Positions 61,728 through 64,000 of a DNA stretch of 64,000 nucleotides are shown here, one piece after another. Each line of letters opens with the position of its first letter. Within the stretch, counting starts at the first letter, position 1. The notes beneath the pieces were generated by a model. It searched no databases. It was not told the origin of the DNA and worked only from the letters and a program-made list of their open reading frames with translations. Location: positions 352,001-416,000 of the forward strand of contig CAWFAK010000012.1 of assembly GCA_963813715.1 (NCBI GenBank), read 5' to 3'. The position numbers were made by a program, and so were the translations under genes. The DNA is from an uncultured Planctomycetaceae bacterium. GTDB lineage: Bacteria > Planctomycetota > Planctomycetia > Planctomycetales > Planctomycetaceae.

Positions 61728-63734
61728 TTAGGCCGGGAGTTCGTGACTCGTCAGTTCCTGTTTGGTTCGGTCGGTCCCGGCGGCGAGGACGACGGCCGAC
61801 TCGGCCGCAATCTGCCAACCGTGGTCGGTTTCGACGGTCGGAGTGCCGCGTCCGCCGTAGCGCACGCTTTCACTGCTCCAGATCAGATCCCAGGCCCGGC
61901 CGGCAGGCGGAGCCAATAAAGGCTGCGGACAGGGCCAGTAATGGAGCTGGCGTCCGAAATTCACGATCACCAGCCGATCCGAGTTGGCCGCGCCCCGCTC
62001 ATCGAAGTAACGGACGGCCAGGCAGTCGGCCCCGAGAGCGGCCGCCTCCATCAGGTCGGCGCGCTGTCGGGCGAAGATCGGATCATCCCGACGCAGCTTC
62101 AGCAGGTCGCGGTGCAGCGCGAGCCATGCGGAATGCTTTTCGCGTTCGCTCCAATCGAGTTGGCTGCGCTCGAAAGTATCGATGCTGGCCGGATCAGGAA
62201 GCGAGTGCCGCGCCTCCTCGGTGTCGAGCGACGGAAACTGCGAGAGAAACTTGGCGCGGCCCATCGCCACCGCCTGCGCGTCCTCATGGGAGAAGTCGGC
62301 GAAATACAGAAACGGCGTGGACGCGCAAAACTCCTGGCCTTGAAAGATCATGGGCGTCTGTGGCGACAGCAGCCACAGAGCCGTCATCGCCCGCAGCCGG
62401 GCGGGGCTGGTTAATTCGTGAATTCGCCGGCCCGGTCCGGTGTTGGCGATCTGGTCGTGATTCTGCAGGAAGTGGATGAAGGACGTCGCCGGCAAGCCGC
62501 GGGTCGGCGTGCCCCGCCGCTTGTTTTGGTGGCGCGACATCTGCCCCTGGAACAGGTAGCCGCCGAGCAGAGCCGAACGCAATTCGTCGACGCTCCCCGC
62601 GTAGTCCTCGTAGTAGGCTTCGGTGAGGCCCGTGAGCCGCACGCGGGCCGTGTGATGAAAATCGTCGTTGCACGATGCGTCCAGGCCGTGTCCCCCCTCT
62701 TCGACCGGCTGCAAGAGGCGGACGTCTTGCGGCTCATTCTCCGCGAGCAAAATCAGGCTTCGTTCGCCGGCGGCCCGGCGGGCCTCCTGCTGCATCTGGC
62801 TAAGGATGTGAACACTGGAGGCGTCGAAGATCGATTGCGTCGCATCGAAGCGAAATCCATCAAGGTGGAACTCTTCGATCCAGCAGCGGACGTTGGCGAG
62901 GAAGAACTCGCGGACGGGGCCCGACCGCTCGCCATCAAAATTGATGGGGGAGCCCCAATCGTTCGCGTACCGATGCGAGTTGTAGTCGTCGGAAAATTCA
63001 CTCACCGTGCAATCGACGGTGCCGAAGTGGTTGTAGACCACGTCCAGAACCACACCCAATCCAAGGGCGTGCGCCCGGTCGACGAACCGGCGGAAGTCGT
63101 CCGGCTGTCCATAATGACGGGTGGGGGCAAACAGGCAGACGCCGTCGTAGCTCCAGCCGAAATTGCCGGGAAAGTCGGCAATCGGCATCAGTTCGACGAC
63201 CGTGATTCCCAGATCGACCAGGTCGGGCAATCGCTTTTGCGCCGCCTGCCAGTTCCCCTCGGGCGTGAACGTTCCCAGGTGCATCTCGTAGATCACCTGG
63301 CCTTCGATTGTCAGCCCTTTCCACGCCTCGTCGGTCCAGCGGAACTCGTCCGCGTCGATGATCTGCGAAGGTCCGGTCGGCCCGAGCGGCTGAAAACGCG
63401 AGGCCGGATCGGGAAGCACACGCGGACCGCCGTCCAGGCAGAATCCGTAGTACATCCCGGCGGTGGCCTCGGGCACCAGCGCGGAAAAATATCCGGTTTC
63501 TTCGTCCTCGCGCGACAGCGCTTGGCGAAGTTGAGGTTCCCCGTCCTGCCAATCAGACTGCGGCAACTCGCGCCAGAGCAGCAGCTCAACGGAGTGCCGT
63601 TTGGGGGCCCAGACTCGAAAGCTGACCCCCCTGCCGCGGACGATCTCCGGGCCAATGGGCCATGTGCGGTTGAGCGGGCGTGCCGGGAAGTCGGCGGCAG
63701 CCTTGCCTGGCAATTCCAATTGGGGACGATTCAA
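61728..63734 (-). CDS. treZ: Malto-oligosyltrehalose trehalohydrolase (GH13)
   Basis: 'FRVWAP', 'PDPASRFQP', 'IYEMHLGTFT', 'WSYDGV', 'DVVYNH', 'RFDAT', 'AENE', 'QNHDQIAN', 'FQGQEF'. Confidence 0.92.
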   Translation of the reverse strand: MNRPQLELPGKAAADFPARPLNRTWPIGPEIVRGRGVSFRVWAPKRHSVELLLWRELPQSDWQDGEPQLRQALSREDEETGYFSALVPEATAGMYYGFCLDGGPRVLPDPASRFQPLGPTGPSQIIDADEFRWTDEAWKGLTIEGQVIYEMHLGTFTPEGNWQAAQKRLPDLVDLGITVVELMPIADFPGNFGWSYDGVCLFAPTRHYGQPDDFRRFVDRAHALGLGVVLDVVYNHFGTVDCTVSEFSDDYNSHRYANDWGSPINFDGERSGPVREFFLANVRCWIEEFHLDGFRFDATQSIFDASSVHILSQMQQEARRAAGERSLILLAENEPQDVRLLQPVEEGGHGLDASCNDDFHHTARVRLTGLTEAYYEDYAGSVDELRSALLGGYLFQGQMSRHQNKRRGTPTRGLPATSFIHFLQNHDQIANTGPGRRIHELTSPARLRAMTALWLLSPQTPMIFQGQEFCASTPFLYFADFSHEDAQAVAMGRAKFLSQFPSLDTEEARHSLPDPASIDTFERSQLDWSEREKHSAWLALHRDLLKLRRDDPIFARQRADLMEAAALGADCLAVRYFDERGAANSDRLVIVNFGRQLHYWPCPQPLLAPPAGRAWDLIWSSESVRYGGRGTPTVETDHGWQIAAESAVVLAAGTDRTKQELTSHELPA

Positions 63735-63816
63735 AACGACGCCACTTTCGGACAGGGACTCGTGAGACGGTCGAGCGCGCGTCGTCTCGGTCCAAATTTC
63801 GGGCCAGCACGAAAAT

Positions 63817-63831
63817 GCACGAATCGTGCCA
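63817..63831 (-). promoter_or_regulatory. sigma54 promoter for treZ-GDE
   Basis: Minus-strand TGGCACGATTCGTGC(A), GG-N10-GC, about 80 nt upstream of treZ. Confidence 0.7.
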
Positions 63832-63951
63832 AGGAACCCGGCCCGAGAAATCGCGAGCAGTCGCGCAGGCAGTCGGCGCGGCCTGTTCGTTTTGTCTTTT
63901 TTGCAGGTTCGATCGCAACCATGATGAACCGGCGCGGCTCATCTGGTCGCG

Positions 63952-63966
63952 CGGAATGCCGTTTGC
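63952..63966 (+). promoter_or_regulatory. sigma54-like promoter facing out of the window
   Basis: CGGAATGCCGTTTGC(T), GG-N10-GC, divergent from the treZ promoter. Confidence 0.45.
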
Positions 63967-64000
63967 TCCGGCTGCGGGCAACGAATATAAGGAACAGCGT

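Overview
GC-rich bacterial chromosomal segment, most likely from a planctomycete (inferred from a DUF1501 gene, planctomycete-type intergenic palindromes and a divergent DnaA paralogue with no dnaN beside it). It holds about 58 genes. Housekeeping genes are purB, tal, hslVU, queF, bioB, murD, sucCD, galM, dnaA, ggt and ftsH. There is also a four-gene ABC exporter, several secreted hydrolases and an ECF sigma/anti-sigma/FmdB/GNAT/dnaA block. Two regions stand out. (i) 23.5-30.2 kb is a candidate amino-sugar tailoring cluster: ATP-grasp ligase, RraA-like aldolase and an atypical amidohydrolase, divergent from a GtrB/ArnC-like GT2 and two methyltransferases, with WecE convergent. (ii) 50.7-64 kb is a stress/storage island (HK and receiver, Nramp-USP fusion, DUF1614, FtsH with a low-complexity insert, DUF1328, glycogen debranching enzyme, TreZ). 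It contains five correctly spaced sigma54-type -24/-12 motifs and a compact, possibly pseudoknotted RNA leader before DUF1328. About 20 genes, including normally essential ones, are broken by single-base frameshifts. This most likely reflects uncorrected long-read indels, so the genes were reconstructed across frames. No tRNA, rRNA, CRISPR array, integrase or transposase was recognised. All family calls come from recognising motifs by eye; no searches were run.
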